Assembly: GCA_030390025.1 (NCBI GenBank) | Contig: CM059433.1 | Location: 13,952,001-14,016,000, forward strand | Direction of reading: 5' to 3' | Origin: Squalus acanthias | Taxonomy: Eukaryota | Length of the DNA: 64,000 nt | Part shown: positions 24,009 through 36,455 of the stretch, in pieces | How positions within the stretch are numbered: the first letter of the stretch is position 1 | Layout: every line of letters starts with the position of its first letter | Translations under genes and position numbers: made by a program | Notes under the pieces: generated by a model | Told to the model about the DNA's origin: nothing | Databases searched by the model: none | What the model saw: the letters and a program-made list of their open reading frames with translations, nothing else

Positions 24009-25888
24009 GGGGCTTTCTACGATGTAGCCTCCCTTCCTCTTCCTCTTCCTCTACTTCCTGCTGCACTTCCTCATCCACCACTTCCTCCTCATGCTTCTGC
24101 TCCTCAGCTTCTCACCTGATAGGTGGTGGCAACGGCTAATCCCTCACAACAGCCAGATTGTGCAGCTTGCAGCAAACTACCACAAATCTCGATACCCGCT
24201 CAGCCGAGTACTGCAGGGCTCCTCCAGAGAGCTCTAGGCTGCAGAAGCGTTGCTTGAGGACAATGATGGTGTGCTCTATAATGCTCCTGTGGCAGCATGG
24301 CTCTCGTTGTAGGCCTGCTGTGCTCGTGTGAGTGGGTTCCAGACCAGAGTCATGAGCAATGTCTTGAGTGGATAACCCTTATTGCCCAGTAGCCAGCCTT
24401 TGACTTGCTGTGGTGTGACAAATACAGCTGGCACAGAGGACTGCGGCAGAATGAAGAAATCATGACTATTGCCAGGAGAACGGGCAGTAACCTGCATAAT
24501 GCGCTGCCTATGCTCGCACACCAGCTGAACATTGAGAAAGACCCTTTCAGTTCATGAAAATGGCTGAGTTGACATGAGACGCACGCAATGCAATGTGCGT
24601 GCAGTCAATGGCACCCTGCAGGGGAAGCCTGCAACCCATGCAAACCCTCGTGCTCACTCTGCCTGTCTCTGGCAAGAGGGAATGAGATGAAGCTGTCTCT
24701 CTCTTTGTATAGAAAGCCTCAGTGACCTCCCTTATGCAGCAGTTTACTGCAAACTGCGAGATGTTGCTTATATTCCCAGCAGCAGCCTGGAAGGAGCCAG
24801 ATGCATAAAATTAAGAGCCTCAGCAACCTTGACGGCCACAGGCAATGCAGTCCTTGCCCTGCTCTGAGGTTGCGGTTGTGGCTGCAGCAGGTGGCAGATT
24901 TCAGTCACAACCTCTTTAGTGAAGCAAAGATGTCTCAAGCATTGGTCCTCGCTGAAGTTGAGGTCAGAGAATTGCTCCCTAAAGACCCTGGGTGGATATG
25001 GCCTCTGGCTGAGAGCCCTCCTCCTCCTCCCTCTTCTAGCAGCTTGGCCTGCTCTGCGTGGCCTCTCTTCATTCTCCCAGTCATGCTCAATTCCAAGAGG
25101 AAGGCCTACCAGGCCACCCATCTCTGGCCTCTTTTAAATCAACAAAAAAGTACTTCAGCACCAGCCAGACCACTCTCTGAAGACCATTCAAACTTTAGCC
25201 AAGTATAGGAAAGCTCCAAAAACACGTGCAATTGCACCAGCAGCCAGAAGAAATAAACCAGCAACTAACCTGTGAGTAGTTCATGATCCCTTTAAGTAGC
25301 GTTGGTGGGGGGTCCGTCATGCCGTTTAGCATCTTTTTAAGCTGTGCGAGGTTAAGCATGGCGTAGGTTGGAGCATGGCAGCGCTGGCGTTAAATCAGTG
25401 TTGCACGCTGATTAACATCATAATCGGTCTGCTCTGCATGCTGCCAGTGTTCGTTAGGTGTGCGCGCACAAATCCCTTCCCGTCGGAAGTGTGCACGCGC
25501 ATCTCGGACACCATTTTCGAGCGTTAGGAGGCCACATAGCACCTAAAGACCCGGGCGCTACAGAGCTCAATTTCTCCCCCTGAATGCCCTACCAGAAACA
25601 GTGATGGAAGTAGAACCCGTAAAAGCATTGAAAAGGAAAGTGGATAAATATTTGAAAAGTAAAAAATTAAAAGTGTATGGGAATATTAGGTCCAAAGTCA
25701 CCTGTCCCCTCCCAAGCATGCTACACTTACCACATGTTATTTCTCAAATTACACATGTATTGTATCGCAAAATATTTTTTTTTTTGATAGAACGAAAAGA
25801 ACAGGTGACTTTGGACCTCTGGTTCCCAAAGATCTCCACCACTGGGGTTTTCCTCACCTCATGTCTGGGTCTGTTGTAGACCAATTGA

Positions 25889-26108
25889 TAACAACAACAA
25901 TAACAACAACAACTTGTATTTATATAGTGCCTTTAACGTGGTAAAATGTCCCAAGGTGCTGCACAGGAGTATTTTAAGACAAAAAATTTGACACCGAGCC
26001 ACATAAGGATAAATTAGGGCAGGTGACCAAAAGCTTGGTCAAAGAGGTAGGTTTTAAGGAGCGTCTTAAAGGAGGAAAGAGAGGTAGCGAGGCGGAGAGG
26101 TTTAGGCA
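25889..26108 (-). mobile_element. L2 3' end with (GTT)n tail
   Basis: (AAC)n run followed by ttgtatttatatagtgcctttaacg on the plus strand. Confidence 0.8.
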
Positions 26109-27196
26109 GATAAACTTATTGCTATGATGAGTCAACAGGGCTATTATCATTATATATTGTGGCTATCAGTATGGCAGCAGGTGAACTAGATAGACGTGGG
26201 TCTTTTTTCATCTAGCAATTCCTGCGCTCCTATCATTTGGTTCCAGTCACAGCCTTTGAATGGAAGCAGGTTGGTGCTGAGCGAAACATTCAATTTATCC
26301 AGTATTTGCTCTTAAAAATACTGTGAAAGGGCAAGAGGAATAAATCAGTAGTAAAGCAAAGGTTCCTTGATAATGCAGCTTAACCTTGTCCGCAAAAGAA
26401 TCCCCTCACATTTTCATTGTTCTCTCTCAAGCCTCTGACCTTCTTAGAATAAGACTGCTGAACCAGAGCCCTTTAATCCTGAATACAGGGCAGGCTTCAG
26501 TCGTGCATTGTTCGCAGGGTGCGAGGTTGAGACTGGATCAACCTCCCAGATAACACTCGTGTAAATAAAAAATGAAAACACGATAGTGCAGCAATAGTTT
26601 TATGTAAACAAACCTGCTTCTATTTCTGCAAACTCAGCAGCAAAGGTACAAAGGAATGTTCATCAAAGCCCTTATGCCTTGAAGCTAGAAGTTAGATTTG
26701 AGTAGTTCAGACGTACTTCATTCATCCCTGGAAATTGTCTCACTCACTGTGAAATTATCACTTCAAGGTGCATAGAAAATGAAATATATTGTGCTTATGC
26801 TAATACATATTGAAGAAAAGACTGTCAAGAGTGTAGTTTCCTATCAACAGTAGAGCTGCAACTGGTTCTATCAGCACATAATGAATGTTACCAGGAAAAC
26901 GGGCAGCCTTGTTAACAGTGCTGCTTCCATGTACATAGCAATTTTGTTATCGCCATAATATGTCACAAATACAGAGTTGTGGGAAGGTGCCAGAGTACAA
27001 ATCATCCCCTAATAACTACTAGCCTGTCATCTGAGTTACTTGTACTGGTGCCTATGTTTAAAAATTAAATCTGTAATGTGGTAGCACAGGGAGGAGTATC
27101 TTTTTAACCAGAAGGTAGACTTTGAAAATCAAACAACAATACGTTAAACCAGGCACTAAACTCGGTGATAGATTCATCTCAACTAAAACAGATAGA

Positions 27197-27352
27197 CTTG
27201 TTTGTGGGAGCTTGCTGTGCGCAAATTGGCTGCCGCGTTTCCTACATTACAACAGTGACTACACTTCAAAAAGTACCTCATTGGCTGTAAAGCGCTTTGG
27301 GACGTCCGGTGGTCGTGAAAGGCGCTATATAAACGCAAGTCTTTCTTTCTTT
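27197..27352 (+). mobile_element. DeuSINE 3' fragment
   Basis: tttgtgggagcttgctgtgcgcaaattggctgccgcg...(TCTT)n. Confidence 0.8.
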
Positions 27353-27368
27353 ATGGAATATAATCATC

Positions 27369-28124
27369 TGAGTGGCGGGTGGAGCTCAATCGGGACGAGC
27401 CGCCCCGACAAGGGCAAGTAGCAGGGTGCACCATCCCGAGTGTCGGTAAACGGTGTCTGGACCCGAAGGCCCGAAGAGACAAGACGAAACGACAAGAAAA
27501 GAAGAAGAATCCACGTGCCGCCACGGTCAGTAAACCCCGACCGCGCCCGAAAATACAAGAAAGACTCTTCATTGAAATCTACCGACAACCGGTGTCGGGC
27601 ACAGGAAGGCTCTTCTTTGAACCGTGTCCGAGTTCTGTCGAGTTCTTCATGACAACAGGGAGCCTGACCTGCTTGTCGCAGCAGCGAAGATAAACAAGTG
27701 GGGTACAGAGACCCTTCCAAACACGTGACAGTCAGGCGCTGCAGCGAAACGAGCTGAGTGCCTCACTTTAAAATTCTCCGAAGTAACACGAGTGGTGAGC
27801 ATGTTTCCCGATCCTACAAATCTAGACATAGTGTAGGTATTGATAGGGGAGGGTGGTTTTATTAAGGATAAAGTATAATGTGTTCCCCTTTTTACGATGT
27901 GCCGTGCGTTCTTCATTACCATAGACCAAGCTTTATGAATGTATGTATACTTGTACTCTCGTTAATTTGCACCTATGACATGTACTTCATGATTTTGGAC
28001 GCTATGCAATAAAGATTTCCATTTCGTACTATTCAACCGAGTCTACCTGAGTTTTCTCTGCATTACTGCTCCTGCACCTAAGTCCAGTGTTAGAACCGTA
28101 AGGGCGAGTGGGTCGAACCACTCA
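27369..28124 (+). mobile_element. LTR-like segment (756 bp), CpG-rich
   Basis: Terminal inverted TGAGTGG...CCACTCA, AATAAA near 28008; no matching TSD. Confidence 0.55.
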
Positions 28125-28911
28125 CAGGTGCTTATTGCAAAAGGGCTGGCCGGAGACCAGAGCAAGCAATAGTATTAGGCAACGAAGGCCTAACCTTGCA
28201 CCAGCACCGTCTCTGAGACACAGGCACGACAAAACCCTTACAGTATTCACCATCTCCTCCAGCAGTGTGACCCAGACTGTTCCATGGTGCATCACTGGAG
28301 AAGCCACATCTGGAATATTGAGTGCAGTTGTGGGCACATTACCCTCAAGAGGAAATTGTTGCATTTGGAAGGGAATCAAATAAGAGGGAATAGTTGATTC
28401 AGCAACTTAAGGTCCTAAATTATGTGGAAAGACTTGTTTTCAGTGAAAAAGGTGACTGACGGGAGACTTGGTCCAGCTCTTCAAATGGCCCAGAGGCGCT
28501 GATGGTGTAGCTGTCAGTGAGCCTGCTGATTTAGTACGTCAGTATATAACCAGAGGATATAGCTTTAAAATTAACAACCACAGCTGAGAAACAAAACTCT
28601 TCCCCCACCTCGCCCAGAGTAATAGATATGAAGAACAAAGTTACAGAAAAAGCAGTTTAGGCCGTGTCAATTAACTCATTCAATGACAGCAGTAGCTTGC
28701 ACTTTTAAGTATCTTCCTGTCGAGCAACATCTCAACGTGCTTTACAAGAAGGTAAGGAGGATGACAAGTAGGAAGCAGGAAGGGTGAGGGGGAAAGGTGG
28801 ATTAAAAGTACGGTCAAAGAGCTGGGTTTTCCAAAGGCTTTTTAAGACAGGGAGAGTGTTTGGAAGGCAAAATGGTTTTGGGAGAGAACTCCAAAGAGCA
28901 GGACATAGTTG

Positions 28912-29080
28912 GGGGGAAATCTGTCTTGGGCGGTAGTGCAGAACGGTTGATAGTCCATCACAGCCCATTTTACATTGCGCCCGATTTTCTTTACCACAAG
29001 AAAAGCGGGCGGCGTGAAAAATGGACTACCGATGATCTATCGCCTGTTTTGTTCTACTGCCCGAGACAAATTTTGACCCC
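28912..29080. mobile_element. Short Harbinger-type MITE
   Basis: About 35-bp imperfect TIR ggggaaatctgtcttgggcggtag / ctactgcccgagacaaattttgacccc. Confidence 0.7.
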
Positions 29081-30227
29081 AGTGACTGAAGCAGAATCTG
29101 CAAATGTGAAGCAGAGGGAGTGAGGAACAAGCAATCATCCTGATTAGAGAAGCTGAAGGGTGAGAGCTGGGATATGCAGCTGGAAGAGATCATTTTGATA
29201 GGGTGGGGCAAGAATGTGGAGGGATTTGAAGCTGATGTTAAGCATCTTAAAATCAATGGGTCTGAAGTTCTGGGGATCTCACTTCATTGGCGTAAGTGCG
29301 ATACAGCGGAACCCATCTGCCCAAGCACAAGGCGGTGGAACACATCCCAAATTGCGAGGATGGGGTCATTTTCATGGTTGGGACAGGCTGCTTATGCCTT
29401 CAAGGGCACTTCAGCACCACCCATCCCAATTTGCTCTTGAAAAGCAGAGCAGCCCATAGCTGCTCCACCATTGGCCTTTCCCAAAGTCTCAACAGGAGAA
29501 TTTTATTAAGGCCATATAAGTGCGGAATGGGAAGAATGCCCATGGTAGCTGGGAGTTCCCAAACACATTTGCTTAATGTAGGGGGTCAGGTGGGACATCC
29601 ACCTCTGCCCCCCTTGACCGGAAAATGGCAGAAGCTAAGAAAAGAGACAGAATCCTTGAGAAACCAAGAACTGCCCCATTTTCTGCCTCCCAATTGGAAA
29701 TTGCTGGGATTCCATCTTAGCCCGGACCAGAATTTTGTGCTCAATGTCCTTCAAGTCAATGTATAGGAGCATCTGAGAAGATTATCTCACGTTTGGAGAC
29801 AAAAAGATCCACCAGCTCCTTGCATTTTATGTGAATAAGAATACCAGTGAGAATGGGATTGGAGTTTATCGACAATATGGCTAATGTTTGAAATAATCTA
29901 ATATGCCAAAGGGCCCAATGGTTCCTGTTCTGCTGGAATGAAGTGTGGAGAATTGACTATTGCCTGTGGAGGCAGGAGGCCAAGCTGTGAGGATAGGTGA
30001 ATATTCTGTAGTTTCTCTTGATAATCTTTGGGAATCAAGGAGCAGAACTTTCCCTCAGAAGATTAAATCGATGAAGTAGAGTCCATGATAGAGTAGATTG
30101 TACACAGTCTGTGGAAGGAGCATGGGTGATGGTCCAAATAGGCCTTTGCTTATTCCATGCTTTCTTATGGTCCTTTTAGTTCTGCGAGCAAATCTGCAGC
30201 TTAACACTGCAGAGTGAACTATGTCTC

Positions 30228-30686
30228 ACATTACTCTGACCTCTCTGTCCACGGCCTCTTACACTGTTCCAATGAAGCTCAACGTAAGCTCGAGGAACAG
30301 CACCTCATCTTTTGATTAGGCACTTTACAGCCTTCTGGACTCAACCTCGAGTTCAACAATTTTAGACTATAACCCCTGCCCCTATTTTTTCAGGCGGCAG
30401 TTGTTGATGATTCTGCCATCCCCATTTGCAACATTTAATCTCTCCTGCCTTCCACCCTATCACAGACCGTCCCTTTTGTTCTTTCCTCCCCTCCCCCTTT
30501 CCCTGCCTCTGCGCCTGCTTAAAACCTGTTACATCTCTAACTGTTTCCAGTTCTGACGAAGGGGCACAGACCTGAAACGTTAACTCTGTTTCTCTCTCCA
30601 CGGATGCTGCCTGACCTGCTGAGTGTTTCCAGCATTTTCTGTTGTTATTTCAGATTTCCAGCATCCGCAGTATTTTGCTATTGTAT
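30228..30686 (+). mobile_element. Penelope-like element 3' end (GIY-YIG C-terminus plus pLTR)
   Basis: SDLSVHGLLHCSNEAQRKLEEQHLIF*LGTLQPSGLNLEF; hammerhead at 30549. Confidence 0.88.
30549..30585 (+). ncRNA. Minimal hammerhead ribozyme motif
   Basis: AGTT-CTGACGA-AGGGGC aca GACCT-GAAA-CG-TT-AACT (one helix II mismatch). Confidence 0.65.
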
Positions 30687-31895
30687 GTCTCACGTTAATT
30701 CTTTCTCACCAGTTTGTCTCTGCAGAATAGACTTTATTTTGGGAGACAAGGGCTTACTGACAGAGTGAACAGTTAAGTTTACTGCTGGATGCAATTTCCA
30801 ATCCCAGCTGTAAACTCTTGCTGTAACATTTAAATATTCAGCTTGAGATATGCTGCTATTTTAACAACAGAGAATATATGAGTACTAATATCAGAAAGGT
30901 GAAGAACGGAAGCCTGGCTTGGCAGAAAAGTGTAGGCCAGATGGGAAAATATAAAGACAATGATTGAAATTCCCCAGTGTCAACCTGAATAGGATTCAGC
31001 TGCATGTTTATATAGCAGATGAAGTGAGGCAGGGAATTTGACCTATTAACAAAGCGTCAGCTGCTCATATCAGTAAGAGTTGATTTTACCAGACTGAACA
31101 ATTTCTTAGCGACATGCCTATTGGTGGCGAGAGATCCTTGGTGGTGTGAACTGGAAATGGTTCTAAAAATCTAAATTCCTGCTCCTGTTTTTTGACATTT
31201 TCTGACGAGAGTTGTGTCGTTTCTTACGGGATTGAAGAGAAGTTCAACAATTAAATAATTCAATTGGAAATGGGGGGGGGGGGAGGGGGCGGGGCAGGGG
31301 AGGAATGGGTGGAGCATACTAGATCTATGTTAGAAACAGAAATGAATTAGTAGTGTGGATCTGCTGAACCTGGAAAATGATGGTACATAAATCAGAGAAG
31401 GCTCCTGTGCCTGGGGTTATTGCAGCACCTGGGTGCAGCACATACAGGAAAATCGGACAGGTCGGAGCTTGCACCTGTAAGAGATCCCGTCCACGCTTTT
31501 AAGGAAAATTGGGCATGCTCCTCACTGTCCGATCTTCCCGTATTCTCTGCTCCCCGGTGATCCAACGGCTCCTGGTGCAGAAACAGAACAATCTACCCCA
31601 ATAATTCATGGAGCAAACTAACTGGGGACCAATGTGTCTTGGTGCAGTGAGTGAAGAATGATGGGCTGGATTCCACGCTCAGCGGCAATGTCCCTGTGTC
31701 GAGTTTTCATCCCCCAATTCGTGGCTGTGCTGTGGAACCTTTTACCTCCTGACACCGCGAGAGGGTGAGCCTTGGGTACATTGAGCTAATACCTAATCTA
31801 AACCAGGAGTGAGGGCCATGAAGGGTTGTGACGTAATGGCCTTTTAGCTGAGTTTAAAAAGCAAGGCCACTGTAAGCAGATCGAGGGGTGGCCAC

Positions 31896-32021
31896 CAATG
31901 TTCCCTCTAATTTTATTTTGGTGCGCGGTCCCTTTAAATTTGCTGCGCGTTATCTTTTCCAGCGGCAGCAGCAGGCGAGCGGCCTGCGCGGGTCCGGCCG
32001 CGCACCTTCGGGGGAACATTG
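31896..32021. mobile_element. 126-bp hAT MITE
   Basis: TIR CAATGTTCCC / GGGAACATTG; perfect 8-bp TSD GTGGCCAC. Confidence 0.92.
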
Positions 32022-32194
32022 GTGGCCACCCTGCAGCTTGAGCTCAACAACTGTAACACACGATCTTCCGCAGCCTTCGCATTGCCGGGTGTGTTGACTG
32101 CGAGTATCTTTTCCCGATAATAAAAATCTATAAGCAAAGACATTTTTACGTCTAGAATCTTCATTCCCTGGCACAGAGGTAACAGCTTTAAGAT

Positions 32195-32515
32195 AAAAAG
32201 AAAGAAAGGAAAGAAAGAAAGACTTGCATTTAATTAGTGCCTTTCATGACCTCAGGTTGTTCCAAAGCACTTTACACCCGATTAAGTACTTTTGAAGTGT
32301 AGTCACTGTTATAATAATGGGAACGCGGCCAAGTTATGCACGGCAAGCTCCCACAAACAGCAATGTGATAATGGCCAGATCATCTGTTTTTAAGTGTTGG
32401 TTGAGGGATAAATACTGGGCAGGACTTTGGGCAGAACTCCCCTGCTCTTCTTCGAAATAGTGCCATGGGATCTTTTACGTGCACAAGCGCTTGGTTTAAC
32501 GTCTCACCCGAAAGA
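32195..32515 (-). mobile_element. DeuSINE fragment
   Basis: Deu core and tail as in 13563-14016. Confidence 0.8.
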
Positions 32516-32636
32516 TCACCTCTACAGTGTACGTTCCAACAACAGGGTAAAAGCACTCTGACTGGAAACATTAAAAGGAACACATTGTGGTGCATTGATA
32601 ACCTCTTACTGATAAAGGATGAACAACATAGCTTAC

Positions 32637-32728
32637 GGTATTTGTAGAGTTTCCATTTAAATGTAACCCGCTGTCAAACAGAGGAGAGGATGTCCCGCTG
32701 CTGTGGTCACTGGATGGCCCGGGTGAGC
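32637..32728 (-). CDS. SNTG2: Gamma-2-syntrophin coding exon, 92 nt, (G)SPGPSSDHSSGTSSPLFDSGLHLNGNSTNT
   Basis: cctttattttgtag|GCTCACCC...AATACC|gtaagc; resembles recalled SNTG2 (SPGPSSDHSSGASSPLFDSGLHLNGN) rather than SNTG1 (SSPLCDSGLHLNYHPNN). Confidence 0.93.
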
Positions 32729-33304
32729 CTACAAAATAAAGGAAGCAATACAGCATTTTTAATATTGAGGATCCGTCACATGAGGAGAGAGATTATAGGG
32801 TTTTATAACCATACCCATCAGTACGGTCACAAATTAGTGACTCTATTTATGTGGCCAGAATAAATTTATATTTTTCTTATGCGAAGGAATTTTTTTTTGT
32901 CTAACTAGCCTTTCAAAACACGAACACATTTCCAAAAGAACCATTACAAATATTAGGCACATTTAATGAAAAATCAGACTCCATTTGGTTAACATGTCTC
33001 GCTGTCTTTTCAGTTCACTTTCCCAACAATCCATTTTGTTTTCTTTCAGACATCACTTTTCAGCATGAGGGCACTAAGCTGATGGGCATGTGCGGGTAGC
33101 TTCATGACAAGGGAAATGTTTTGGGTAATTACTAACATGCGACTGGAGAGTGACATTTAAATTGTTATGTTGTAGCCACAACATACTTCGAGTTATGGGA
33201 AAAATATATTTGAGGATTGCAGTGGCATCTCATCAAAATCAAAGTCAAATTATTTTCAGTTTAGTAACAACCCATGAACTAAACATCATTGTCTGTATTT
33301 TGTT

Positions 33305-34070
33305 TTATTCGTTCATGCGATGTGGGCGTCGCTGGCAAGGCCAGCATTTATTGCTCATCCCTAATTGCCCTTGAGAAGGTGGTGGTGAGCCGCCTTCTTG
33401 AACCGCTGCAATCCGTGTGGGGAAGGTACTCCCACAGTGCTGTTAGGGAGGGAGTTCCCGGGTTTTGACCCAGCGACGATGAAGGAATGACGATATACTT
33501 CGAAGTCAGGATGGTGTGTGACTTGGAGGGGAACTTGGAGGTGGTGGTGTTCCCATGCACCTGCTGCCCTTGTCCTTCTAGGTGGAAGAGGTCGCGGGTT
33601 TGGGAGGTGCTGCCGAAGAAGCCTTGGCGAGTTGCTGCAGTGCATCTTGTAGATGGTACACACTGCAGCCACGGTACGCCGGTGGTGGAGGGAGTGAATG
33701 TTTAAGGTGGTGGATGGAGTGCCAATCAAGTGGGCTGCTTTGTCCTGGATGGTGTCGAGCTTCTTGAGTGTTGTTGGAGCTGCACTCATCCAGGCAAGTG
33801 GAAAGTATTCCATCACACTCCTGACTTGTGCCTTGTAGATGGTGGAAAGTCTTTGGGGAGTCAGGAGGTGAGACACTCGACACAGAATACCTAGCCTCTG
33901 ACCTGCTCTTGTAGCCACAGTATTTATGTGGCTGGTCTAGTTTAGTTTCTGGTCAATGGTGACCCCCAGGATGTTGATAGTGGGGGCTTCGGTGATGGTA
34001 ATGCCGTTGAATGTCAAGGGGAGGTGGTTAGATGCTCGCTTGTTGGAGATAGTCATTGCCTGGCACTTGT
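33305..34070 (-). mobile_element. CR1/L2-superclade LINE 3' part
   Basis: NILGVTIDQKLN, RAGQRLGILCRV...IYKAQVRSVMEY; 185-aa ORF. Confidence 0.85.
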
Positions 34071-34859
34071 ATTCATCAAATGCTATTCAAAATACTGATC
34101 ACAAGACTATATAGCAAATGATTTTGTTGATTATGTATGCTTTCAGAGCTTGGAAAGAAATGTTAAAATGCTCATAGATTATCAGTCAATAGCTGGTGTT
34201 TGTGACTTCCTTGACAGAAAAAGGCAACCTGTATAATCAGTAATAACATACACCCAATGTGAAAGAGAATAGAGTGGAGTCCTTCTCCAGTCACTGCCAA
34301 GTGCCAATTTACCAGCTAGCAAAAGTGCAAGTGGGTTCGAACAACATCTGGGTTACACTGCAATATGGGTTTTGCTCCTACTCTGCAGAATCGAGTCTCC
34401 CTGGAAAAATATTGAACACTACGAACAGTAACATTATCTAATAATGTCATTCATTACCAGTTCTGGTTCTGCTCATTTCTAAAAGAAAGCCAGTTGCCTA
34501 GAACCATAGAAGCTGACACCACGAAAGGCGGCTACCATGTCTTTGCTAAAGCAATCCAAAACTACTCTGCGCTCTCTCCATAGCCTGGTATCTTCTTCTG
34601 TTTCATTGTTTATCCAATTCTCCCTTAAAAGATGCTATAGGCTCTGCCTCAACTGCTCTCAGTGGCAAAACACTCCACGCACTAATAACTCACTGTGTAA
34701 AGAAATTTCTCCGAAACTCGCTCCTCACTCATTTTGTGAGAATTTTAAATTGATAACCCCTTCTCCTGACCCGGCTGACCAGAGGAAGCAGCCATCCTCT
34801 CAGAACCTTTCATAATTAAAAAAAACTCTATTGAATCTCATCTTAGCGAATATCTCATG

Positions 34860-35281
34860 ACTCTCCTAATAATGAGGGTATATATTTTTTATCCACACTT
34901 TTGGTTTGTGCCTTTTCCCTTTTCTTTCTCTCTCCCACATGGCAGCTGTCTTTCATTCTGCCAGCGCATTTCACACTTCTAGAGCCATCTTTTGTTTCTT
35001 AACCAGTCCTATTACCATCTCGTCTCGCCTTGAGCATCTCTTTATGTCTCTTTACTTCTCACAGACCTTCCCTTTTGTTCTTTTATTCCCTCCCCCAGCC
35101 TCCAAACTTGCTTTTTCATCTGTTTCATTTCCTGCTTTTTTCTCAGTTCTGACGAAGGGTCTTCGACCTGAAACGTTAACTCTGTTTCTCTCTCCACGGA
35201 TGTTGCCTGGCCTGCTGAGTTTTTCCAGCGCTTTCTGTTGTTATTTCAGTTTTCCAGCATCCGCAGTATTTTGCTATTGTA
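34860..35281 (+). mobile_element. Penelope pLTR with hammerhead (35145-35181)
   Basis: AGTT-CTGACGA-AGGGTC ttc GACCT-GAAACGTT-AACT; tail same as 30549-30686. Confidence 0.8.
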
Positions 35282-36455
35282 GAGATTAGGCATGTTGGTC
35301 ATGATACCATTTCTGGTTCTTCTGGATTCGCCTGAGTCTCAAACACCTTGAGGAGAATGTCCTTAATGGGTAAGCTGGAGCTGATGCTGTGACTCGTCAG
35401 AAACTGGGCTGGGGTAAACCCATTCTCTAAGGGTTTGCTCCAGTGCTCCTGGAACCTCGTGTTTGGATATTGAACTACATCACCCAAGATCCTAATGATG
35501 TTCTTGATTATACCACTTTTTACAGAAAGATCATTTGATTGGGGTATAACAGGCTAAAAGTAGTGTGCTTAAGATTCCTTAATTGACAAGCCACAGATTT
35601 CCATGTCATCGTCACAAGATTCCTTGGGGTGAAAATTTGTTTGCGCCCGCCCGAGATGCACCCGACCCGCCACCGAACGTGCCCGCTGACCCCCCCAAAA
35701 TTCCCCCCCCCCGTCCCGTAGTAACTGAGTAAGTGTTGTGCTGATAACTGGAACCCGATGCACAATCTTTCAATAGATCGCCTATTGCCTGGCTCCGTCT
35801 TGGCCGATAAATTAGATCGAGTGCTCTTCACTTGCATTTCTCATTGCCAAGATGTCGCATGTGAATCTTCTGTAACATTTTCTGGGTTGACGTTGAGAGA
35901 TTACATTTCTGCTTCTCGGAAAATTAGACCCATGGTCATTGGGGGCTCATATCTGCAAATCTAGTAACTCAATTTCCTTGAAGTGTAACTGCTTTTACTT
36001 GACCATCCATTTTATCTCTTAGAGAATCTGCATATCTCTTCCTTTAGCTGTCTTTAGATACTGGTATGATTCCCCGCTTAGGCCTGAGTTAAAATTACAG
36101 TCGGGACTCACTGATGTCATTGGGCCGCAGCATTCCTATGTAAAGAAGGACCCTGTTGGTTCCGGGTGCGTGTCCTTGCTGCCTGCTCAGGAGAACAGGT
36201 TAAAATTGCAGATGTTGTAATCATGTCAGCTTTCGGACAGTAAGAACCAGGGCGATTTTAACTGCCCACCCGCCAGGTTTCTGCTGAGCGAGTAGGGTTA
36301 AAATCGGCCCCAAAAGTCTTAGTTTATCTTCACTAGAACTCTGACAGTCTTTATTTTGAGAAATTGTAGGTGCATTGCCCATGATTTTACACCCATTAAA
36401 GTCAGTGAATTAAATCTAATCACAGTCTGCACACTCACAATTGAACTCTCTGTAA

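Larger units (their letters stand above)
21518..25580. mobile_element. Near full-length degenerate PIF/Harbinger transposon: transposase on the minus strand (~25121 to ~23210), convergent second-gene remnant on the plus strand
   Basis: TIRs GGGGCAGAAATTG / CAATTTCTCCCC; YPPRVFREQFS, GAIDCTHIAL, PGNSHD, GWLLGNKGYP, YNESH motifs; stops and frameshifts. Confidence 0.88.

Noticed and set aside
24276..25121. Domesticated HARBI1 gene
   Set aside because: Frameshifts, stops, GD-to-GN catalytic change, TIRs and nested insertions show a dead transposon
1..32600. Next SNTG2 exon (APSSPSSP...YEKRW)
   Set aside because: Not found by eye; probably beyond the window start, as the preceding GG.EH.VPVVISKIF exon is probably beyond the end
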